Positions 48,430 to 60,330 of a stretch of DNA of 64,000 nucleotides are shown one piece after another. A program made the position numbers and the translations under genes. Below the pieces are notes generated by a model. The model saw nothing but the letters and a program-made list of their open reading frames with translations, made no database searches and had not been told where the DNA came from. Within the stretch, counting starts at the first letter, position 1. Every line of letters begins with the position of its first letter. Source of the stretch: Eledone cirrhosa (taxonomy: Eukaryota); assembly GCA_964016885.1 (NCBI GenBank), contig OZ024743.1, positions 158,720,001 to 158,784,000 on the forward strand. The letters run 5' to 3'.

Positions 48430-49043
48430 AATATTCATTAGTTAAGCAAAACAAGACTACAAATTTCACAAGGAAGACATTATTAAAAGATTGTCAACAT
48501 AGTTTTAGTTTAATGTAAGGAATGTTGAGAATAATAATAATAATAATATTAATAATGTCCGTTTACAATTATTTCGCTACTCCATATAATGTTTCTGGAT
48601 CAAATGATTATAGATCATTATTGATCTGGTTCAGTTGAAGATAATTAACTTAGGTACAATTAGAGCAGCTCATCGGAACTTCAAAAGGAATATAAATTAA
48701 AATAAAGAAAGAATGTTACATGAATGTAATGTTCCATATATTGGTTACATTCATGTAACATTCTTTCTTTATTTTAATTTATATTCCTTTTGAAGTTCCG
48801 ATGAGCTGCTCTAATTGTACCTAAGTTAATTATCTTCAACTGAACCAGATCAAAAATGATCTATAATCATTTGATCCAGAAACATTATATGGAGTAGCGA
48901 AACAATTGTAAACGGACATTATTAATATTATTATTATTATTATTTTCTACATTCCTTACATTAAACTAAAACTATGTTGACAATCTTTTAATAATGTCTT
49001 CCTTGTGAAATTTGTAGTCTTGGTTTGCTTAACTAATGAATAT
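48430..49043. repeat. Near-perfect ~610-bp foldback with a ~15-nt loop
   Basis: atattcattagttaagcaaa.. vs ..tttgcttaactaatgaatat; apex near 48730-48744. Confidence 0.94.
48795..48913 (+). ncRNA. Type-I hammerhead-like motif with U4C core and ~95-nt stem II; mirror copy on - in the left arm
   Basis: gtt-CCGATGA-gctgctct...ggagtagc-GAAA-caattg-TA-aac; 8-bp stem II base, palindromic stem III, GUA triplet at 48908-48910. Confidence 0.62.
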
Positions 49044-49179
49044 ATATATATATACTTTTGATTCCAGAGTCTGGTCAGATCGATACAGATCGAACCTTCA
49101 GCTGATCAATCGTGAAACGCGCGTCACACCTCAATAAATGGAACGAAGATCTAACATTTCGTCCTTATTATTATTATTA

Positions 49180-51657
49180 GGGAGAGTGGCGAGTCAGAGA
49201 GAGTAGCGGATTTCAGTCCCTATCTTGACGGCTTGCCGCGCATCTCGACGGTCGACGCTGAGCGCTGCGAAAGGCCGATTACTTCAGCCGAAATTCAGGA
49301 CGCCCTTGTCGGCTGCATGAGGCGCAAGTCACCCGGTTTGGATGGCCTGCCCTACGAGCTTTACGTAAATATGCCAGACTTGTTCTCTGAACTCCTCGAA
49401 GCACTCTACTGCAACTGGCAGCAGAATTGGAGTATTCCCAGTTCTGTGAACAGGGGAGTGGTGACGCTGATAAGGAAAGACGAGAACAAGAGGGATACAT
49501 TAGACAACTTCAGGCCCATAACTCTGTGCTCAACACAGAGTTTAAGATTTTGGCCAAGGTGTTAGCAAAAAGATTGGCGCTTGTCGTCGAGGATTTGGTT
49601 GGGGAGGCGCAAACTTGCGCAATCCCAGCCAGGTCCATACACGACAATCTCCACCTCATGCGATACATCATAGAGAGGGTAGGGTGTAAACCTGGCTTCG
49701 GTGAGGCACTGATCAATTTAGATCAATCGAAAGCATTCGATAGGGTCGACCATCGGTATCTGGAGTTTGTCCTCAAAGCAGCTGGCTTCGGCCCTGTCTT
49801 TAGAAGCTGGATCGTTGCAATGCACAGCGGCACACGCTCGGTGGTCAAGGTTAATGGCCACCTCTCGGAACCATTTCGGCTCTCCCGATCGGTCCGTCAA
49901 GGATGCTCTCTCTCTTCCCTTCTGTACGTATTGACTCTTGAGCCTTTACTGCGGAAGCTGGAGCTGTTGGAGGGCATTCCGCTCGAACCGGGACGCGGAA
50001 AGGCGGTGTCGGCTTATGCGGACGACATCACTGTGATAGTGTCGAACACCTCAGAAATCGAGGTGGTCGGCACCTTATTGGAGGAATATGAAAGGTTGAC
50101 AGGAGCCAAACTTAACCCGGAAAAGTCGGTGGGCTTGCAGCTCGGAACCTGGAGAGGCAAGCCCATGCCGTCCAACAGCGTCGTGGGGCGCTGGACGGAC
50201 GGACCGGTAAAGTTGCTTGGGGTTTGGTTCGGACCAGACCTCCAGGTGGAAAAGAATTGGGACGAGGTAACGAGCAGAGTAGCCAGTCTCACCCAAAAAT
50301 GGGCTCGGAGGAAGCTATCACTGAAAGGTCGCGCGGAGGTGGCGAATGCGTATATTGCGTCCGTCATCTACTACCGCCTAACCGTCGTGCTTTGCCCCCG
50401 TCCGCGCCTCGTCAAGTTGGAACGGCTCCTCTTCAAATTCTTGTGGAGGGGACAAGTTCCGTTGGTGAGGCGGTCCATCTGCTGCCAGCGCCCTCTACGC
50501 GGAGGGCTGGGCATGCCGTGGCTAATGATGCGCAGACATGCGTTGAGGCTGCGACATCTCCAGATATTCTGCCTCAATGGTGAACAGGTGTGGTCGCCGT
50601 TTATCAGACGGGCCTTTCCGCAGCTCATTTCTTTGACAGAGCTGCAATCCTGGGTCAAGAAGAGACCGAGACTGGGTGACTGGCACCTGGAATGTTGCCA
50701 GGCACTCACTGCCCTCTACCAAGCGGGCAATGCGATCAGTGGAACTTCCACTCTCGAGTTCTATAGAGGATTAGTGGTGGGCAAGTGCGATGACGCACTC
50801 GGAGAAGCTTTGGGCCTCGACGAAGTCGAACTGACCAGTCTGTACCGGAGGACTTTTGAGCCGGGGACGATGGACAATTTCCAGAAATCCCTCGCTTGGC
50901 AGTGCTACCGGGGGGCACTGCCGGTTCGGGATAAACTCTACAGGCACGGAAGTGCTGTCAGACGGACCTGCCCAAGATGCGCACAGAACGATGAAACCGT
51001 TCTGCACGCACTTGTCCAATGTCCGTGCATTACTGACTTGTGGAGATATGTCGAACAGCTACTGTCGCGTGTGGAACGAATCAGGATATCGGCCGGGTCC
51101 ATAGTGAAGATCGAGCCGCCACCTTCCTTAGGTCAGGAAGAGCAGGAAATTTTCCTCTGTCTGGTGGCAGTTGCGAAAGAGATTATATGGTGGACCAGGT
51201 TGAAAGGACAGACACTTTTCTCTTCGGCCAATCCCTCATCAACTTCTTCAAGTTTCACCTGGAAAGGAGGGTGAGGGTGGAGAGAGAAGTGCTGCCCCCC
51301 AGTACATTTGCTAAAAGGTGGGTGAATGTGGCGGGAATGGCTTGTGTGGATGGGCCTACTCTGACCATGCGCCTATAGGCTGGCTAACTTGAGGAGAGGG
51401 GTTCTCTCCTGGGTGCCCTAGAAGCGTAGGGTGGTTCAGGATTGGTGGGGTACCTGAAGCACCCCAGGGTCGTACACCCCCTATCGGGGAATTTATTTTG
51501 TTATATTTATGCATAGTTTATTTTATATTTTTATATTTCCATTGTTAAATTAGTCTTGCCATTGTGCACTTTTACTCCACCTTATTGTAAACCCCCACTG
51601 TCCCTGTCTTTGTATTGTCCCCTACATGTCGGCTCTGGTGGCTAATAAATGAAATCA
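49180..51657 (+). mobile_element. Tx1/L1-clade LINE copy 4, 5'-truncated (RT to 3'UTR)
   Basis: ORFs 49233-49565, 49427-51274 and 51040-51378 homologous to copy 2 ORF2; (TTA)n on both sides. Confidence 0.92.
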
Positions 51658-51670
51658 TTATTATTATTAA

Positions 51671-51720
<50 letters not shown>

Positions 51721-51721
<1 letters not shown>

Positions 51722-54700
51722 AGTTGCACTTATCTTGCTTTATGTTCATACGAGTTATCACCAAGTCACAACCAGTGACCTTAAGAGACAACAAGGTCCG
51801 CCATGTTCAAGAAAGAACATACATACTCACACATGCATCTTTAGTGTTTAGACTTGTGATGTACTTATATTGACAGCATCTTCCTTAGTATATGGGCAGT
51901 TCCCATTAGTACTATCTTTTGTATTTCTTCTATACGCGGGTTTCCTGGGATTTGCGATAAGTAATCATTAGACCCCTTAGGTATCATTTCCAGAGCGCCT
52001 ACAACCACTGGTATTGTTTTAGTTCTCAATTTCCACATTTTTCCAATTTCTATCTCCAGGTATTCAGTTGGAGCTATAGGACTGCACATTGAAATTATAT
52101 GGTCAATGATCTCTGGTTGTTTTTTGCATACACGGCATAATGGGCTGCATCCATTTTTTATTATGTTGGCTTGGTAATTTTTTGTTGGCAGACACTGATC
52201 TTGTGCTGATATAATCAGTCCTTCAGTCTCCGATTTCAGTCCAGAGGATGCCAACCACTGATGGGTTAAAGTTTTGTCAACATCAGGATTGTTAGCTCGC
52301 TCTGGGTATTTTCCATACAGAGGCTTTTCTTGCCATTTCTTAGCCAGTTTCTGTAGCAGTTCTTTCTTTGCAGTTACTTTTACCTGCTTTGCTTTTTCTG
52401 TGTTTTCCATTTCAGCAGTAAATGGGACTTCTGAAATTTGTAGTCCATTACTGTATCTTTGTGCATCTTTTGTAATGAAATATGATCTTTTGATGCTTTC
52501 GTGTTTCAAAACGAGTTTGATCATCCAATCATGTGATTCCCTTAGATATGTAGATAATCCAATTGTTGCAGTTTTCAACGCAATGTCTAACTGGATTAAC
52601 CCACGTCCTCCTTCTTTCCTAGGGAGATATATTATATCTATATCAGCCTTAGGGTGATGCATTCTGTGCATGGTTAAGAATTTTAGAATTTTTGTATCGA
52701 GCCTACGGATCACTGTGCTTGACCAGTTGATGACATTGTAACTGTAGGTTACTACTGGTATGGCAAGCGTGTTTATGGCATCGATCCTATTCCTTGCATT
52801 CAATTCCGTTCTTAAGATTGCTCTTACTCTGCGGTAACATTCCTTCCTTATCCTTTCCCTCATTGTCGAGTGCTTGATTCCGTCTCCTTCACAAACACCT
52901 AGATATTTGTAAGATTTTTTCTTGATCAAGTTCTCTTATCACGATCCCCCGATCAAGATTAATGTCTGAACTCTTCAGCAGCTTTCCTCTGGTGAACGTT
53001 GCTTTGGCGCATTTATCTAGTCCAAACTCCATTTTAATGTCATCACTGAACTGCTCCACAGTGGATAATAGTCCTTGCAATTGTTCATCATTTTTTGCAA
53101 ATAGTTTCAGGTCATCCATGTAGAACAAGTGATTAATGGTTTTGTCATAGACTTTATATCCATGTTTTGTTTCATTGAGCATTTTACTTAATGTTATAAG
53201 TGCGATGCAGAATAAAAGCGGTGATAAAGAGTCACCCTGAAAAATTCCACAATTAATATTAACTTCTCCAGCTTCCAGTGATTTTGTTTCACTATTCAAA
53301 AGGAGTGTCGTTTTCCATGTCTTCATACTGAATGACAAAAACCTCCTGACAACGGGGGATATTTTGAAAATCTCTAAACATTTTTCAATCCAACTGTGTG
53401 GCAAACTATCGAATGCTTTTTTATAATCTATCCAAGCAATCGATAGATTTTTCTGTCTATTATGACAATCTTCCAGTATCATTTTGTTAACTAAAAGCTG
53501 ATCCTTACAGCCATATGAGCCTCGTTTACACCCTTTCTGCTCAATGGGAAATAGGTCACTTGTTATCAGGTGGTCATATGTGTATTCAGTTAGGACTGAT
53601 GTTAAAATTTTATACATTGTGGTCAAGCAAGTTATCGGTCTGTAATTTTGGGGATTGTTTGTCTCATCATTCTTCGGAAGCAGGAATGTAATGCCGTTAA
53701 CTAGCCATGATGGTATCTTTTCTGGCTCCTTAACTATTTCATTGTAAAGTTGGGCTAACAGCTCATGAGACTCTATGAAGGCATTTATCCAAAAATTTTG
53801 TATTTTGTCTTTTCCTGGGGATTTCCATTTGCTGGTTTTTCTTAAAGCCAAGCGCAACTGTTCAACTGTTATATTTTCCCATATTTGTTCCTCAAGGTGA
53901 GCTGTATCTTTCATTTGTCTGTCTATCCATGGGGCATGTATGTTATGAACTTTTTCTTCGGCCTAGATCTTTTCCCAGAATTCTTGCACTTCCTCCTTGG
54001 GTGGTATTGATTTAGCAGTTATTGTTGACTTACCAATTTTTCTGTAGAAGTTTCTTTGGTTGTTTTTGAATATATTATTGTCCTTATAGAATCTAGATCG
54101 TTTTTCAAAGCGGCTTATACGAGCAGCTTTGGCCGACACTTTTTGCTTGATTATTTCTATCAGCATGTCTATGTCACTTGTTGATTTTATACTGTACTTT
54201 CTTTTCAATTTTCTAAGTTTAGTTTGTTTAATATGTTCACCTACTTTATAGTTTGTTAAAATTTCTATGTCAAATCGGAGAAGGTTTATTTGGCGGTTGA
54301 TGTTCTCTTGCCAAGTAGATTTCTTGTGGGAATTCCTTTGTTTTTTCATCTTCACTCCACATAAGTGAGTGGTGACTTTAGCCGATGCATAATAGAGATG
54401 ATTTAAATCAGTAATGTTTAGTTTGTTTGTGATGATAATGTTTTTGAGAATTATGTTAATCTTGTGTATTATCTTTTGGTTCTGTTTGGAGTTCTGGATA
54501 TTAGGGAGGGTGTCTCGTTGCCCCATGTCAGATTCTTTCATTTTCATCCATTCGATCATAATTTCATCCTTCAAGTTGGCAAATTGATTCTCATTCATTT
54601 CTTTATCATTTACGATCTCATTATTTTCATTTGGAGTTTCATCCTGAGCATGCACTCCCTCCACTTTTTCGATCCTTTCTTTAATTTGTTCTGTTGCCAG

Positions 54701-56345
54701 TGATTCCGCCCCAACCCTGGGATTCGAAGTGTTACAGTTTACCTCGTTTTCACTGACACATGTTTCATTTTCCCTTCGCTGACTTTGTGCTAATAGCTTG
54801 ATCTGATCAATTTCTATATCAGTTAGTAACTTTTTTCTTACAATATTTCTTCGTATATTGGCTAGTTTGTTACTGTCAATATAGCCTCTGTTTTCGGGAT
54901 GTTTCTTTTTCCAGTTGATATATGTCTGTTCTGTATTCGATGTATTTGATGGGTAGTACATGGCAGTGTAGAAAGCCTCAAGGACTTCTTTATTATCTTC
55001 CCTTGACCATTTTCTCTCTTTTTCTTTGGATTTCTTGGTGGTGAGCATGGAGGGCCAACAGTAGGAGTATTCCGGTTATGGGAGGTCTCCAGCTCCGAAG
55101 TGATGGGAAGGTTTGAACCATTAGCTGATTTTTCGACCCCAGTCTGGTTCCTCTCTGAGGGACGCGGTCCTTTTTTACCCGGGTGACGGCCGATCCGGTA
55201 TGAGATTTTATAATTAGACATTTACTTTATTTTGTCGCGTTTTATCCTTATCCGCCAAGGGGTAATCATTTCGTGTTACCACTTCTAGAACGAGTGTCAA
55301 CCAAGACTAGAAGGGTCGTTCTCCCCTAGAGACACGGCTATTCCCCGCAGGCCGCCATCCCGGTATTTCTTGGTCACGGGGTTTTCTTTTTGTTGTTTTT
55401 TTAAAAATTGTTATTATCATGAGTGGTTCCTTACTGGGAGCATTGCGTGGCTTAAGAATGAAATTATTAATAATTGTCTCCACTCCAGGCACAAGGCCAG
55501 CAATCACCCAGTGCATTACAATATTATATACTTTTTGCTGAAGTTGCCTGTTATTGTTGTTGGCTATGTCGGTGGTGGTGCTGGGGCTTTTTATATTGTT
55601 GGTGAGGAAGGGGGGAGCCAGCAGTGCCATAGTTGTTGACGTTTGGCCGATGGCCAGGTCACTAAGTCAATCTATTTATATCTTTTGCTAGCCTCTCCCT
55701 TGTCTAGTGATACCGCCACCTTCCCCTTCCTTAAGTTAACAGGGGAATAGTGGTGGTAGCAATGAGGGAGTGGTGGCGGCGGTGATGGGATAGTGGTAGC
55801 AATGATGGATGGAGTGGTGGTGGCGGTGGCGTTGTCGTTACTGAGTTTTGTGATATGTAGTATCTATGAGTTTGTGTCGCGTATATTTAATATATATTGT
55901 GTTGACATATTCCCGTAAAATTGGAAGTAAACATTTTGTTAAAACTTGAGACAATAATAATAGTAATTATTATTATGATGCTGGGATTGGTGGTGGTGGT
56001 GGTGAAATTGCCGTTATCTGGCTGTTATATTTAGTGTGATGGGGTAGGTGGTGTATCAAGTTTCTGGTGTTGGTGAAATTGCTGTTATTTGGCTGTTCTA
56101 TATAGTGTAGACCGAGGGTGTTTTCTTCCATTTATAACCATTTTCTTTTTTGAATACAAAATATATAATACAAAATTGAATATTTGAGCGATATAACAAT
56201 ATAATATGGATCCAAAATTTTATGAAACTTGATTCGGTGGTTTATGCATCATTTGTACTAAGAATTGTTATTTCACAATTGATTTAAATATGTTAAAAAT
56301 CAAAAATTTACGGGAGTGATTTCATGACGTTCTACCACCACGTGC
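51721..56345 (-). mobile_element. R4/Dong-like lineage C, full-length outline, disrupted, RLE core deleted
   Basis: ORF pieces 54862-55221, 53963-55048, 52889-53914 (FYMDD) and 51865-52929; CRVC..H..C runs directly into LEIEIGKMW, lacking the RHD/PD..D segment present in B1. Confidence 0.88.
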
Positions 56346-56413
56346 TTCTTCTTCTTCTTCTTCTTCTTCTTCTTCTTCTTCTTCTTCTTCTTCTTCTTCT
56401 TCTTCTTCTTCTT

Positions 56414-56444
<31 letters not shown>

Positions 56445-56550
56445 TTATTATTATTATTATTATTATTCTTCCCTCTTCTTCTTCTTCTTCTTCTTCTTCT
56501 TCTTCTTCTTCTTCTTCTTCTTCTTCTTCTTCTTCTTCTTCTTCTTCTTC

Positions 56551-56603
<53 letters not shown>
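56346..56603. repeat. Compound (CTT)n/(TTA)n microsatellite
   Basis: Directly visible. Confidence 0.97.
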
Positions 56604-56984
56604 GTATATGTATGTATATGCATGTACGTGTATACAAGTGTGTTTTGATATGAATATATATTATGCACAAACACACCTATTTTTGAATAAAGTAAATGAA
56701 TATTCGTTAGTTTCGACGATTAGTTGTTTGATCAACTGAATTTCCTGTTCATTGAAATATAATTTTTCGTTTCTTAGTATTCGACCCAGACATTACCCTT
56801 AACGTAGAATCATCGTTATAAAGCAGGCCCTTTGGTTTAAAAAATTAACGGGATTTCACAGTTTCCACCTACACAACATCTTATACTTGGTTTGGGTTGA
56901 CACGAGGTTATGGAGAAATGACACGCAATTGAATGAAAGCCGAGACCTCATTATTGTGAGGGGAACATTTTAACAATTCAGAAA

Positions 56985-57105
<121 letters not shown>

Positions 57106-60100
57106 GGGATAGTGTTGACGTGTGCCGCTCCTTGGTAAGTCTTTTGTTAATTTTGTATGCAAAAAACAGGAACTATGGTGACAAATAGTGACAACAAAGT
57201 TTTGTTTCGCCAAGAGGGCGAAAAACACAACTTACAACACAGCTTGGAACACACATAAAAAACAAAAATAATGAAACAATTCCTTCAACTATGAACAAAA
57301 TAAGTGACAACCACAATAACAACAACATAAAAAAAAACATTTGCACAAATAGTTATAAACAAACAAGACTTAAAGAATCTTGATATCTCCAAATGCGAGG
57401 GAAATGCCTACTGAAGCAAAACAATTTGGTAACTTTCGAAGAGAAAGGTGGGTTTAAGATAAACTCACCCCCCGAAAAGCGACTTGAAACACTTCGAAAG
57501 ACAGTTACCTACACGCAAACTTAAAAAAAACAAGCAAAAAAAAATACTCTTACCAACACCAACACCAAAACCACCACCACCACCACAACAGCAACAACAA
57601 CACCACACAAAACAAGCAAACACACCAAAAACAAACAATCACTCAACCAATAACAACAGAAAAAACACAGACAACTCCCCTGAAGAACAGTCCAACCCCA
57701 TCCCACTCCATCCAACACTACCACAAACACACACAAAAACACTATCACCACACAACATACCCCTACCTCACACTCATTACTCATCAACAGACAAAGCTAC
57801 TTCTCCATCTCCAAGCGATGATGAACGAGAACCTCGGAAATCCCAAAAACAAAAAAAAAGAAACACTGCAAAGCGACAAAGCCACCAATCACCAACACAA
57901 ACACACAACCACCGACACAAACAACAACACAAACAACACCACAATCAAACCTCCCCCTACCAGCAAAACAAATACTAACACCACCCAAAACACAAACACC
58001 TACTATAAAAAGAAAACTCCCAGATGAATAACAAACAAAAACAACACAACAAAAACACAAACAACAGTACACATACATCAACACCAACAGCAAAAATTTG
58101 ATGGAGGTCATCTCCCAAAACCTCAAGGTGGAAACCAAGGGGAAAAACTTTCGTAAAATCGGAATCAGCACTACACCTCAAACTAATAAGAGTTTCCATG
58201 GAAACTTACAGCCAACTAAAAAGCAAATTTTCGCAGGACGTTGGCAACCCCTGTCAAAAACCCATTAACCGCGTCCTATTAAAATGTTTCCCTACCCCAC
58301 CCCACACAACACCCCCACCAGCACCCAAATGGAGATTGAACAACCCGATCTCCAGGAAACGAAAAGGTAAGTGCATATTTCGTCCTTTTTCGCCAACTCT
58401 TCTCCACCAACATGGCTAATCTACGAGTTGGAAGTGTGAATGTGCGTGGCCTAGGGATGCCATGGAAACAGGGTCAACATTTAAACGACCTTATGTCACA
58501 CGGTATGAATGTGATAGCCATCACCGAGTCCAAGATCCACAACAGGCAGCAACTAACCCCCATCATCAATGACTTTGAGATCTACGCATCTCTCTGTCAG
58601 CCAGGAGGTAGAATGGAGTGGCTGTCATGTTTCGGAAAAACCTGGACCTCGAAATACAGCAAATACAGTTGGACCCGGAGGGTAGACTAGTAGTCCTAAA
58701 CGTGAACAGTGTTGGAGGTGGAGCCTTCAGACTGGTGGCCGTTTATGCCCCGACTGGGCAATCGCGGCCAGACTTCTTTAAGCGTCTAGAGTCTTTTCTG
58801 GGCACGTCTCGCTCCTTGCTTTTAGTGGGGGGGACTGGAATGGTATCCTAGACGCACGTTGGGACTATGTAGGAACAGGTCCCAGTAGAGGGGGGTGCAA
58901 CAGCCTCCACAATTTAATCGGCCAATTCCAACTGGCCGATAGGTATCAACTAGACTTCCCGACTACACCACAGTGTATGTGGACAAATCGCAGCGGTACA
59001 TCTAGATCGTATTTAGATAGGTTCTTTATTAGAGAAAGAGACAAGAAGATGTTAAGCTGCTCCAAAATGTACATGGTTGCATATTCAGACCACAAACTAG
59101 TCACCTGCATAGTCAACCATGATAGAAGGTATAGACAAGGACCCGGATACTGGAAGCTGAACAAGTCCTTACCGACGCGTAAAGCCTGCAGTGGACAGAT
59201 AAGTAGATTAGTTAAGCAACAGTTGACGGTAGCCACCGTCAACAATAGATGGTGATACTCTCTCAAGAGAGCAATTAGAGTAGAATCGATAGTTTTTAGC
59301 AAAGAACTAGCCTTAGAGAAAAACAAGACAGAAAGAGAACTAGTAGCCAATGTAGAGTAGGCGCTTGGGAGTGGCAACGCAGCTAGAGTGCTAGCAACGA
59401 GAACGGCACTAGACCAGTTCTTCGATGCGAAACACGAAGGCTGCGTGGTCAGGAGTATATCACGTGCTCTTGGAAACGAGGGAGCAAAAGCTGTTAGCTG
59501 GACCCGAGTAGCAGAGGCGAAAAGTGGCAACAAGTCCACGATTCGGTCTTTGAAAGGCCAAAATGGACGCGTGCTGCTTGACTCCAAGCGGATGTGCACG
59601 GCCTTTCAGCGGCACTTTGCGCAACTGTTCGAGCAGAGCGGCGGTGCGCCGAACGGGGCAATGGACTTCGGTTCATACTTCGACGGCCTGCCGCGTTTCT
59701 CGAGCATGGACGCCGAGTTCTGCGAAAGACCGATCTCAGCCACCGAGATACGGGACGCTCTGGGCCGCTACGGGAAACGCAAATAACCCGGTCTAGATGG
59801 TCTACTCTATGAGTTTTACATAGGCATGCTGGACTTGTTCTCTGGCGTCCTCGAAGCCGTCTACTGCAACTGGAAGCAGAACGGGGAGAATTTACAGTTC
59901 TGCAGGCATGGCGTAGTAACGCTGATCAGGAAAGACGAGAACAAGGGGGACGAACTAAGCAACTTTAGGCCCATAACTCTCCTAAACACAGAGTTAAAGA
60001 TTTTAGCCAAGGTGTTAGCTTGTCGTCGAGAACATGATGGGAAAAGCGCAAACGTGTGCAATTCCAAGCAGGTCCATACACGACAACCTCCATCTCATGC

Positions 60101-60296
60101 AATACATCATAGATAAGGTGGGGTGTAAACGCGGCTTCGGTGGGGCTCTGATCAATTTAGATCAGTCCAAGGCGTTCAATAGGGTCGACCATCGATCCTT
60201 GGAAGCGGTTCTCAAAGCGGCCGGTTTCGGACCCGTCTTCAGAGTCTGGATCAAAGCAATGCACACCAACATCTGCTCGACGGTCAAGGTGAACGG

Positions 60297-60330
<34 letters not shown>

